Of a stretch of 64,000 bases of DNA, positions 7,839-15,795 are shown one piece after another. The translations under genes were made by a program, and so were the position numbers. Positions within the stretch are counted from its first letter, which is position 1. Each line of letters opens with the position of its first letter. The notes below the pieces were generated by a model. The model worked only from the letters and a program-made list of their open reading frames with translations. It did no database searches and was not told the origin of the DNA. This stretch comes from an uncultured Candidatus Woesearchaeota archaeon (GTDB taxonomy: Archaea > Nanobdellota > Nanobdellia > UBA10117), in assembly GCA_903864915.1 (NCBI GenBank), contig CAIPHS010000005.1, positions 3,968-67,967 on the forward strand, read 5' to 3'.

Positions 7839-7912
7839 TGGGGCTGCCAGGATTTGAACCTGGATCGTCGGTGCCCAAGACCGAAGTCCTAACCAAGTTA
7901 GACTACAGCCCC
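7839..7912 (-). tRNA. tRNA-Pro (anticodon UGG)
   Basis: Acceptor GGGGCTG/CAGCCCC, anticodon arm TCGGT-CTTGGGC-ACCGA, T loop TTCAAAT. A TTAAAAA box lies 24-32 nt upstream (7936-7944). Confidence 0.9.
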
Positions 7913-7983
7913 ATAAAAAGAAAAGAAAAATGGGGGTTTTTAAGGATGTCTGGCCCCCTTACTTCTTCTTGTAAGCTTTCTAC

Positions 7984-8020
7984 GCGCTGGTAGTTTAGTG
8001 GCAGGACTTACGCTTGGCAA
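7984..8020 (+). pseudogene. tRNA 5'-half-like fragment (acceptor, D arm and anticodon stem-loop only)
   Basis: GCGCTGG-TA-GTTT-AGTGGCA-GGAC-T-TACGC-TTGGCAA folds as positions 1-38 of a tRNA. It is about 73% identical to the 5' half of tRNA-Gly at 18949..19048. No 3' anticodon stem strand, T arm or acceptor 3' strand follows. Confidence 0.3.
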
Positions 8021-8028
8021 TTCAAGCA

Positions 8029-8655
8029 CTAGGTTGTCAAATATTTGCGGAAGTCAGAAATTATCTTTGCGTAATCATCTTTCTCAACAATTTGCCAAGC
8101 TCGGTAATAACTCTCCGATTTAAAAGTCTTAGACCGTTCGATTTCTTTCTTAAGGGTTTTTTCGTCAAAATATTTCAAAATAATGTGTTTGAGCAAAGCG
8201 TGCAACAATATGTGATTTTTAGCATATATTTTTTCATAAGGGTATTTTTTTGCAATCTCGTTAAATGCTGCCGCAAAGTTATTTTTGAAATCAGATTGCT
8301 GTGTAAATAATTGGTGAACTAACTCGTGAATAAGCGTTTGAATAAAAATACTAACGGATTTTGGGTATTGCGCCTGATTAAGAATACTTATTGTTAGAGG
8401 GTCTGCAAATGACGAATATAAACTCATAGTTGTTACGTAGCATTTTATTTTACGTTCAGACCACTTCAAACCTGAGACTATTGACAATTCAGATAAAACT
8501 TTCTTCTCTATTTTTCCCCATACTGGTTCAAGCACTTCTATATATTTAGAAACTCTTTCCGAACATTTTTCCTGGTCGTAATGCCTGATCCAAAATTTCT
8601 CCACTATTGTCTTATCATAAATAAATGAGTAAACAAATTTAACTTCAGGTATCAT
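8029..8655 (-). CDS. putative zinc metallopeptidase (HExxH); paralog of 57375..58007
   Basis: LIHELVHQL motif. It aligns along its whole length with the protein at 57375..58007 (MIPEVKFVYSFIYDK / MIPKVEFVYSMIYDK ... YRAWQIVEK / YEAWQIVEK). Confidence 0.7.
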   Translation of the reverse strand: MIPEVKFVYSFIYDKTIVEKFWIRHYDQEKCSERVSKYIEVLEPVWGKIEKKVLSELSIVSGLKWSERKIKCYVTTMSLYSSFADPLTISILNQAQYPKSVSIFIQTLIHELVHQLFTQQSDFKNNFAAAFNEIAKKYPYEKIYAKNHILLHALLKHIILKYFDEKTLKKEIERSKTFKSESYYRAWQIVEKDDYAKIISDFRKYLTT

Positions 8656-8718
8656 ACTTTACTATCATCATTGGTATTGTTAGGCTTTTTGGTACAATCA
8701 AAAAGTAAAAAATAACAA

Positions 8719-9183
8719 TTATGCGCAAGTATTTGTTGGCTTATGAAGTAATTCTATTAATTTTTCATAATACTCAGCTTCGTTAGAGTAATAGATGTAT
8801 TCAACATTAGCTACTTTCTTTAAGCCTATTACTAGGTTACTGTAGCCGTTGCTTTTTTCCAACAACAATATAATCCTCTTGCCTAATGCGGAAGCCCAGC
8901 CCAACTCAATGTGAACTCCACCAGAAGGATATTTACCAGGAAATGCGATTAAAATATCCGCTTTGGAAATCTCATCATAGTCTATCTTGGTACAGACGTC
9001 TGGGTGCATCCACTCTTCGCCCCATTTCTCTCTCAGATGTGCGTTGTGCACCTCGCATCCGTTTTTTTCCAAAAACTGGATTAGTCTGCTTAGGCTAGTT
9101 ACATCTTCATTGTTCATTTTCTTTTCAGCAGAGTTCATTACATTTTGAAACGGCGCTGCTAAGAAAACTTTAGTTTTTCTCAT
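8719..9183 (-). CDS. nucleoside 2-deoxyribosyltransferase-fold protein (NDT/Rcl/BlsM-like)
   Basis: N-terminal KVFLAAPF and catalytic-Glu segment SGGVHIELGWASALGKRIILL. It overlaps the upstream radical SAM gene by 14 nt. Confidence 0.75.
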   Translation of the reverse strand: MRKTKVFLAAPFQNVMNSAEKKMNNEDVTSLSRLIQFLEKNGCEVHNAHLREKWGEEWMHPDVCTKIDYDEISKADILIAFPGKYPSGGVHIELGWASALGKRIILLLEKSNGYSNLVIGLKKVANVEYIYYSNEAEYYEKLIELLHKPTNTCA

Positions 9184-10168
9184 TTTTCACCACACCATAA
9201 TTTTTAATGGAGTCTTCTAATCTTTGTTTAAATGACCACAAACAACCCTTGCAGTTGTCAGTAATTGTTTTGTTTTCTTCTATGAATTCCACATACTTTT
9301 TTGTTGTTAAATCGAAAATGCTTTTGTCAGATATTATTCCATTTGGACAAATAACCAACTTGCCATCATTATTAACTGACAAATCATACACGCCGCCATT
9401 ACAATTATAATTAAATTCTCCTTTGAAATACTGACTTAATCTTGATAGCGTGAAATCTCCATCCATTAACAAAGCTCCTTCGTTTTTCATCATTAGCAAC
9501 TTCTTCACGATAACTTCAATTTCTGCGCTGTTCTTTTCAAGCGAGAGTGCTTTTGTATTATTTTTATTAATATGATTTTGCATCATAATCATTAATTTTG
9601 TAGGAATTTTTAGTGAAGAAAAGTAACTTACTATTTCTGGCAGCTCCATCAAATTATGTCTTGTCACAACAGTAGAAACTGTGGTATCAAATCCGTAATT
9701 GGATTTGCTGATATGTTCTAATGTTTGAGCTAATTTATCAGTTAGCGGTTTTCCCCAAGCACTATTCTTATTAAGCGTGTCTACAGAAATGCAGAGAAAA
9801 TCTAATTTCGCGTCGCTAAGGTCTGCAAGATATTTTTTATCGAGTAACAAACCATTTGTAGCGATAGAAACGAACGCGTCTCTTGATGATGCGTGGCGGA
9901 CTATATCTACCAAATCGGATCTAAGTAGCGGTTCACCACCAGTAAACACTATATCGCGGTTCCCTAATTTATAAATAACATCGACCGCATTTTTCCAGTC
10001 ATTCTGCTTTAAATCTTTACCAGTATTAACATATAATTCAGAACAATAAGCACATCTTAAGTTACATTTTCTAGTAAGCCTGACGCATGCAAGAACCGGG
10101 TGAATAATACCATTATTTGCATTTTTTAAGCTGTGATTATAAGCTTCTTGTTTAAAGGGCCTAACCAT
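9170..10168 (-). CDS. radical SAM enzyme with a SPASM-like C-terminal Cys-rich domain (rSAM-C)
   Basis: CNLRCAYC cluster motif and FTGGEPLL. C-terminal Cys residues lie in NCNGGVYDLSVNNDGKLVICPNG...CKGCLW. Start set at ATG 10168, which has AGGTGA 5 nt upstream; the ORF-track GTG at 10177 lies inside that SD. Confidence 0.85.
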   Translation of the reverse strand: MVRPFKQEAYNHSLKNANNGIIHPVLACVRLTRKCNLRCAYCSELYVNTGKDLKQNDWKNAVDVIYKLGNRDIVFTGGEPLLRSDLVDIVRHASSRDAFVSIATNGLLLDKKYLADLSDAKLDFLCISVDTLNKNSAWGKPLTDKLAQTLEHISKSNYGFDTTVSTVVTRHNLMELPEIVSYFSSLKIPTKLMIMMQNHINKNNTKALSLEKNSAEIEVIVKKLLMMKNEGALLMDGDFTLSRLSQYFKGEFNYNCNGGVYDLSVNNDGKLVICPNGIISDKSIFDLTTKKYVEFIEENKTITDNCKGCLWSFKQRLEDSIKNYGVVKNEKN

Positions 10169-10253
10169 GCAATTCACCTTCTTTTGTAAATTGTGCGACG
10201 CTTCCCATTTTGTTTTGGAACGGAGCTGTAAGGAAAATTTTATCTGTTTTCAT
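10161..10253 (-). CDS. 30-codon mini-ORF, a copy of the 5' end of the NDT-fold gene (relic or small peptide)
   Basis: Hand translation gives MKTDKIFLTAPFQNKMGSVAQFTKEGELHG. Its ATG overlaps the M20 gene stop (ATGA) and its stop overlaps the rSAM-C start by 8 nt. The first 18 residues share 11 identities with MRKTKVFLAAPFQNVMNS of 8719..9183. Confidence 0.3.
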   Translation of the reverse strand: MKTDKIFLTAPFQNKMGSVAQFTKEGELHG

Positions 10254-11425
10254 TCCTTCACCTGCCCTAGTCCCTTCACAATTAATGCATAGATTTGCAC
10301 TGCTCTTCCAAGTTCTCGAATATCAACTTTTTCGAAAGGTGTATGTGCATATTCTACAGAACCGGGCCCCGCTATTATTGCGTCTATGCCTGCTGCTCTA
10401 AAAATCGCACCTTCAGTCCAGCCTGGGTGCTGCATAGGTCTAGAATTTGTCCCAGAAATCTTGTTATAAACTTCAATGCAGAGATTTGTAAAATTTTTGT
10501 TTTTGGGGGTTAGCATCGGACTTCTTTCCGGACCAAAATCAACAGTTTTTTTTATTTTTATATCTGCGTTGCTATTACATGATTTATAAAAATTCTCAAG
10601 CAACGCATTTATGGCATTTATATCGCGCTTTGCAGATTCGCCAGCGAGCACCCTTCTATTAATGAGCATTTCAGCATAGTCAGGTATACCTTCCGAACCA
10701 CCTTTTATCGAGCACGTAACGAAAAGTGAATTTTGATTTGAACGTTTAGTGACATTGTCGATATAATTGTTCTTTATGTAATCGTAGGCTCCCAAAAGAT
10801 TATCGATTGCGTTATTTCCAAATGATGGTGCAGATAAGTGTGCTGATTTTCCATATGATTCCAATTTCAAAAAGTAAATGCCTTTGCAAGAGTCATATAT
10901 CTTAAGTTCCGTAGGTTCTGAAACAATACAGTAGTTAGCATCAAGTTTTTTTGCTAATTTAATTGCACCAGGCGAACCACCTCCTTCTTCACCATCAGTC
11001 ACTGCAAACGCAAGATTTATGCCTGGATTTTGTCGTGTTTTTTTAATGTACTTGAATAAGTACATAACCGCAGCCAGACCTCCCTTCATGTCGGCGGCGC
11101 CTCTTCCGTAAAGAAAGTTGCCTTTAATTTCTCCAGAAAATGGGTTTTTCATAAAATCAACATTTGTCGTGTCAGAATGACCGTTAAACAACAGAGTTTT
11201 GTCTGCCCCATAATCTAAATAAGCCACAGGAAGCGGGATTTTTCCAGAGTACTCAACTTCACAAGGTATGTTATTTTGCTCGAACCAGTTCATTATAAAT
11301 TCATTAACTACAGTTTCCTTAGTCTCGACTTTGGAATGGCTTGGTATCCTAACTAGCTTCGAAGCAAGGTCTGCAACTTGTCTATTGTTAGTTTTGTATA
11401 CATCATTAAATAACATGTTCATCAT
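10250..11425 (-). CDS. M20-family metallohydrolase (ArgE/DapE/acetylornithine deacetylase-like)
   Basis: FNGHSDTT, GRGAADMKGG and AVTDGEEGGG metal-ligand motifs. Start moved to MMNM at 11425; the longer ORF overlaps the upstream gene by 86 nt. Confidence 0.85.
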   Translation of the reverse strand: MMNMLFNDVYKTNNRQVADLASKLVRIPSHSKVETKETVVNEFIMNWFEQNNIPCEVEYSGKIPLPVAYLDYGADKTLLFNGHSDTTNVDFMKNPFSGEIKGNFLYGRGAADMKGGLAAVMYLFKYIKKTRQNPGINLAFAVTDGEEGGGSPGAIKLAKKLDANYCIVSEPTELKIYDSCKGIYFLKLESYGKSAHLSAPSFGNNAIDNLLGAYDYIKNNYIDNVTKRSNQNSLFVTCSIKGGSEGIPDYAEMLINRRVLAGESAKRDINAINALLENFYKSCNSNADIKIKKTVDFGPERSPMLTPKNKNFTNLCIEVYNKISGTNSRPMQHPGWTEGAIFRAAGIDAIIAGPGSVEYAHTPFEKVDIRELGRAVQIYALIVKGLGQVKE

Positions 11426-12752
11426 TCCATAGTCCTGCTCCCAATACAGAAAGCATCCACAAACCCCACCAGAACGAATCAAATAAAACATAATAAATAA
11501 TTCCCGGCAGCATCAAGCCCATTGCCATTTGCTGTTTGCCTGAAACTGTCGATCCGGCACAGCCTATTGAAAGGCAAGCACCTACTCTTACTAACTCATC
11601 GCTATCATTTATGTCTCTTTTTAAATCGGTTAAATTTGCCTTTTTTTGTCCAACCGATGCAAAACCTGCACCTAAGTTTGCACCCCATCGCACATAGCTA
11701 CTTTTATCTCCCAATAGCGGACCGAAATGTTGTTCCGCACCTTCTTTTCCGGAAAAAGCAAGGCCCAAGCCCAAACTTGCGCCCCAACGAACAGAACTAT
11801 CCACGTCTTTGAATAATCCACCTAAAGCACTAAGAGAATTTTCGCCTTTCCCCATAAAACAAAGACCCAAACTTAAACCCACGCCGCTTCTAACTATTGA
11901 AGATTCATCCTTCAACAAATCCAAAACTTGTGCAATCTTTTGACCACTGCTCAGACAAGATACTCCAACAGCGAATGAAGAACTTTCCCTAACATAAGGA
12001 TGAGTATCTTTAAGGCAACCAAATAAGGCATCAAGCAATTCACTATCGCGCTTGCCCATATTTGCAAAACCAATACCGAGGCACGCCATATCTCGCAGGA
12101 GCGGGTTCTTGCTATGCATAATCCTTGCATATTCTTCCAGTGACTTCTTGCCCTGGAAGGCATATGCTGTGCTTATGAACCATCCAGTACAAAGGTTTAC
12201 GTATGGATTTTTTTCTTCAGCTATTAGCGCTAGCACTTTGTCAAAGAGTTTTTCTCCGTGTCCCATGCATCCAAAGCTTAATGATAGCCCTGCCACTGCG
12301 CGAATTCTCCAATTAGGATCTTTCAACAGAGGGAATATTATCCGAATGAAATCTTCGCTTCCTGCACCGAGATTTACTAAGCCTAATCCCAAAATCGCAC
12401 TTTTGCGCACATCAACGCTAATCTCTTCCTTAATAATGCAGCTCAAAATCTCTACAACAGTTTCGTTGCAAGTCCCTAAAAAACCAAATCCTAATGAAAG
12501 GCATGCGCTGCTTTTCACAAAATCATCGTCAAAAAAAAGCAAAGGTCTTAGCAAATTTATGCAATTAATGTCACCCTTACCAAAATATTTTATGCCAACA
12601 GCCAGGCAACCACCAATTCTAACATCAATCGGTTTATCGTCTCTCAAGAACTCTTCAACTATAATATTAACTTCTTTCTGGTTTCCTATATATTTCAGAC
12701 TATCTCCAAAATATTTCCCGAACTGGACGTAAAAATTTGGATCGGATTTCAT
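11406..12752 (-). CDS. PC-repeat (Rpn1/Rpn2/APC1-type, HEAT-like) solenoid protein with a C-terminal membrane anchor
   Basis: 11 repeats of about 36 aa with the pattern xxVRxGAxLGLGLxxxGxG (e.g. DSSVRWGASLGLGLAFSGKEG, SSYVRWGANLGAGFASVGQKK). The hydrophobic C-terminus reads GLMLPGIIYYVLFDSFWWGLWMLSVLGAGLW. Confidence 0.75.
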   Translation of the reverse strand: MKSDPNFYVQFGKYFGDSLKYIGNQKEVNIIVEEFLRDDKPIDVRIGGCLAVGIKYFGKGDINCINLLRPLLFFDDDFVKSSACLSLGFGFLGTCNETVVEILSCIIKEEISVDVRKSAILGLGLVNLGAGSEDFIRIIFPLLKDPNWRIRAVAGLSLSFGCMGHGEKLFDKVLALIAEEKNPYVNLCTGWFISTAYAFQGKKSLEEYARIMHSKNPLLRDMACLGIGFANMGKRDSELLDALFGCLKDTHPYVRESSSFAVGVSCLSSGQKIAQVLDLLKDESSIVRSGVGLSLGLCFMGKGENSLSALGGLFKDVDSSVRWGASLGLGLAFSGKEGAEQHFGPLLGDKSSYVRWGANLGAGFASVGQKKANLTDLKRDINDSDELVRVGACLSIGCAGSTVSGKQQMAMGLMLPGIIYYVLFDSFWWGLWMLSVLGAGLWNDEHVI

Positions 12753-13738
12753 AGTTCGCCCCCATTGTACCCAAGCAATTTAAGGAATCTTTGATTTTCA
12801 ACGTGCGTGCTAATTGAAACCCTCACGTAGCTTTCTGGCAAATATTTGAAAAACTCGCTGGAGACAACAACGCGCTTTTCAGCAAGATTCTTTAATTTTT
12901 CAGGAGGTAATTTCAGAAGATAGCAAATAGTCTCAGTCTTATTCACTGTTGAATCCTTAAGATACTTTGACAAATAATCTTTTTCTCGCTTAAAATGGTC
13001 TATAGATTTGTCTACAAAATCCGCATCCTTAAGAGATTCCAGCGCAGCTATCTGGGATAAAAATGCTGTTTTGAAAGGTGAGGAATATTCCTCTAATGCC
13101 TTGATTATTTTTTCACTCGACAAAACATACCCAACTCTCATACCAGCCAAGCCATATAATTTCGAAAATGACCTTGTTATAATCAAATTGTCGTAGTTTT
13201 TTAACAAATCTTCATTTCCATGTTTGTTGTATAGCAATGCTTCATCCAAAACAACCAGATTAAAATTACTGAGCGCATCTTTCAAGAAAGATTGTGAAAC
13301 TGACAGACCAGTGGGATTACTTGGTGTGCTTAACAGCAACACATCACCTTTTTCCGAAAGAACTTTTGATTCATCGAGCTCGAAATCATTTATTGGTGGG
13401 ACATATTTAATATTACCTCTGCCAATGTTACTATAATACTCATATCTTGGGAAGCAGGGTGCAGGCGTCACTATATTTTTCTTATCAAATAACGCCAAAC
13501 TTGCCAAAGTCAATCCGCCATCCGCGCCATCAGACAGTAGAATATTTCCCAAGTTTGAATTCGTTAATATTGATATAAGTTCTACGAGCTCTTCATTAGA
13601 ATGATAATACTTGTTAAGCAAACTTGAATTTTTAATCAATGCTTGCGTAGCCTGCTGGCTTGCGCCGAGAGGATTTTCTATCATAGACAAATCTAAATGG
13701 CCATTCCTCCTGTAGTCCGCATAATCCTTATACGACAT
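12749..13738 (-). CDS. class I/II PLP-dependent aminotransferase (HisC/CobD-like)
   Basis: LLLSTPSNPTG and the PLP-lysine motif RSFSKLYGLAGMRVGY. At 329 aa, it is short like CobD-type decarboxylases. Confidence 0.85.
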   Translation of the reverse strand: MSYKDYADYRRNGHLDLSMIENPLGASQQATQALIKNSSLLNKYYHSNEELVELISILTNSNLGNILLSDGADGGLTLASLALFDKKNIVTPAPCFPRYEYYSNIGRGNIKYVPPINDFELDESKVLSEKGDVLLLSTPSNPTGLSVSQSFLKDALSNFNLVVLDEALLYNKHGNEDLLKNYDNLIITRSFSKLYGLAGMRVGYVLSSEKIIKALEEYSSPFKTAFLSQIAALESLKDADFVDKSIDHFKREKDYLSKYLKDSTVNKTETICYLLKLPPEKLKNLAEKRVVVSSEFFKYLPESYVRVSISTHVENQRFLKLLGYNGGEL

Positions 13739-14657
13739 TTTTATTGTGTCCTAATGCATTTGGCATTATGATTTCTGCACCGAGCTTGTCACTAACATAC
13801 AGCGGGCATATTGGCACATAATCAGAATCGCATCTTGGGTCGTGGCCGTATTCTTTATTGTATACCGGGCAACCCCCACCACAACTTTTGCAGTTCTGAG
13901 GTGAAACCTTTACGGGTTTTATGCCATCACATCCCGGAAAAGAATTTACTGAAAGGCAGCAAGGGTAGCTTTTACCATCAGTGTCAACAAAGATATTTTT
14001 TCCAGACGGGCAGATCAGCTGCTCTATATTTGGGGTATTTTTTTCCGCGAAAGCTGGTTCAAAATATATTTTCTGAGGACAATTCTTGCTTTTTTCCATT
14101 AAAGTATCTAACATACCATACCATTCCTCAGCGCAAATTACCTTCAGGTTCGAATCGCCAAGCGAAGTCGGATACAGAAACAAATTTTTGTTCAAAATAG
14201 ATAAGTCACTCAAAAACTTGTCAACTTTATTTTCGAGTGTTTCTTTTGTAAGAATAGTCTGTGTAGTGATGTTCAAACCTTCTCTTACAGCGGCACGTAT
14301 ATTGTCAAGAACTTTTGGATCACCATTATAGCTGACATAAACTGCCACATCGAATTTTTTCAATTGCTTAGCTACGTCTGTTGTTAGTAAATCCCCATTC
14401 GACAGCAGATTAACATCATACCCTAAATTTCTGGCAGTTTGAATTATGTCAAAAATATCTGCCCTGATCAGTGGCTCACCACCAGTTAACGTAAGTATGC
14501 CTGCATTCGTTAAATTTAAAATATCTATTACTTTCTCGTAGGGCAGCTCGCCATTTTTGTTTTCCAGATAGCAAAATCCGCAATCACGGTTGCATCTTCT
14601 TGTTATATTCATAGCTAAGTCAAAATCAGAATGCCGTTCAATGTTCTTAGTGACCAT
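13728..14657 (-). CDS. radical SAM enzyme with a SPASM-like C-terminal domain (rSAM-B)
   Basis: CNRDCGFC and LTGGEPLI. C-terminal Cys residues lie in CPSGKNIFVDTDGKSYPCC...CKSCGGGCPVY...CPLY. Start chosen at ATG 14657, 1 nt after the upstream stop. The ORF-track start at 14741 would overlap the upstream gene by 83 nt. Confidence 0.8.
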   Translation of the reverse strand: MVTKNIERHSDFDLAMNITRRCNRDCGFCYLENKNGELPYEKVIDILNLTNAGILTLTGGEPLIRADIFDIIQTARNLGYDVNLLSNGDLLTTDVAKQLKKFDVAVYVSYNGDPKVLDNIRAAVREGLNITTQTILTKETLENKVDKFLSDLSILNKNLFLYPTSLGDSNLKVICAEEWYGMLDTLMEKSKNCPQKIYFEPAFAEKNTPNIEQLICPSGKNIFVDTDGKSYPCCLSVNSFPGCDGIKPVKVSPQNCKSCGGGCPVYNKEYGHDPRCDSDYVPICPLYVSDKLGAEIIMPNALGHNKNVV

Positions 14658-14658
14658 G

Positions 14659-15675
14659 TTACTTTTGTATCTTGTATACCTCATCTTCTTCGAATCGCCA
14701 GCAAGAGGGGTCTGGAGCACGCATATCTTTGAAAACAGCATAAGCTACGCCTCTGCAGCCGTAGCATTTAGAATTGGACTCGCATGTCCCGCAAGTGCCC
14801 TTAAGTTCTTTTATCGCCTGTCTGCAGTCCTTAGCATTATCAGACTCCCAAATATCTTTTAGGTTCTGCTCATTTAAGTTTCCAATTCTCAACTCGACAC
14901 CAGAACAAGGTTGTACGTATCCTTCTACATTTACATGTACGCCGGTTTTAATTCGGTCGCATAGTTCAGAATCGCAAGATAATACTGGAGATTCTCCGCT
15001 GAGCTCTTTCAAGTCGACCATTATTTTTCTAAGTTCTTGCCCTAAAACAGCGTCATTTATTCCGCACTTTTGAGAAGGTATGGCGTGATTCAAAACAGGT
15101 TTTATGCCTTTTGACAGCGCCCATTTCCAAGTGTCTAGTATGGTATACTTATTCTTCTGCATTGCAGTTAAGATTATGTTCAAATCTTTGTCTTTGGTAT
15201 AGCCAACATCTATTAGCATATCTATCGCATCTAATTTGCGCTTCAGTGTACCTGGAACGTCAGTTAGACTATCTTCTATATCTTCAACTATCGACTCTAG
15301 GCTTACTCCTATATTTACGTCAAGATCGTGCAGTTTTTTCGCAATCTCTGGCGTTATGTTTGTGCTATTTGTTACTAACAGAACTTCAACATCTTTATCA
15401 CGCAAATATTTTATGACATCAAACAACTTCTCGTACAAAAGAGGCTCCCCGCCGGACAGCTGTATTCTCTTTAAGCCGTACGATATCGCATCATCCAAAA
15501 TATGATATAATTTGGGCAATTCCATTGTCTTTGGCTTTGAACCGCCAACGTAACAAAAAGTGCACTTCAGATTACAAACCTGCGTAAGCGCCAAAGACAT
15601 GTATGAAAATTTTTCTTCTTTCGCATCTAGGAAATTCCAGTTATCTTCAAGACACTTGGAATCAGGGTCTGCCAT
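14659..15675 (-). CDS. radical SAM enzyme with a SPASM-like C-terminal domain (rSAM-A)
   Basis: CNLKCTFC and LSGGEPLL. C-terminal Cys residues lie in VQPCSGVELRIGNL...GTCGTCESNSKCYGCRGVAYA...DPSC. Confidence 0.85.
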   Translation of the reverse strand: MADPDSKCLEDNWNFLDAKEEKFSYMSLALTQVCNLKCTFCYVGGSKPKTMELPKLYHILDDAISYGLKRIQLSGGEPLLYEKLFDVIKYLRDKDVEVLLVTNSTNITPEIAKKLHDLDVNIGVSLESIVEDIEDSLTDVPGTLKRKLDAIDMLIDVGYTKDKDLNIILTAMQKNKYTILDTWKWALSKGIKPVLNHAIPSQKCGINDAVLGQELRKIMVDLKELSGESPVLSCDSELCDRIKTGVHVNVEGYVQPCSGVELRIGNLNEQNLKDIWESDNAKDCRQAIKELKGTCGTCESNSKCYGCRGVAYAVFKDMRAPDPSCWRFEEDEVYKIQK

Positions 15676-15795
15676 ATACCCCTAACGCCACCCTTGTTTA
15701 AAAGTTTTATTTATTAGATTAAATTCAGTATTTATCTAATTTTTTGAACCAAACAAGGAGAAAGCTTTAAAAAATAAGATAACTTATGATATTTT

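Noticed and set aside
7788-7842. Two small hairpins (7800..7816 and 7823..7842) plus a 10-nt similarity to the tRNA-Pro 3' end (AATGGGGCAGC versus AATGGGGCTGC) between tRNA-Pro and the hydrolase gene. These were considered as an att-site duplication.
   Set aside because: The repeat is too short to distinguish from chance. The hairpins are more simply explained as tRNA 3'-trailer or terminator structure, and I found no element genes.
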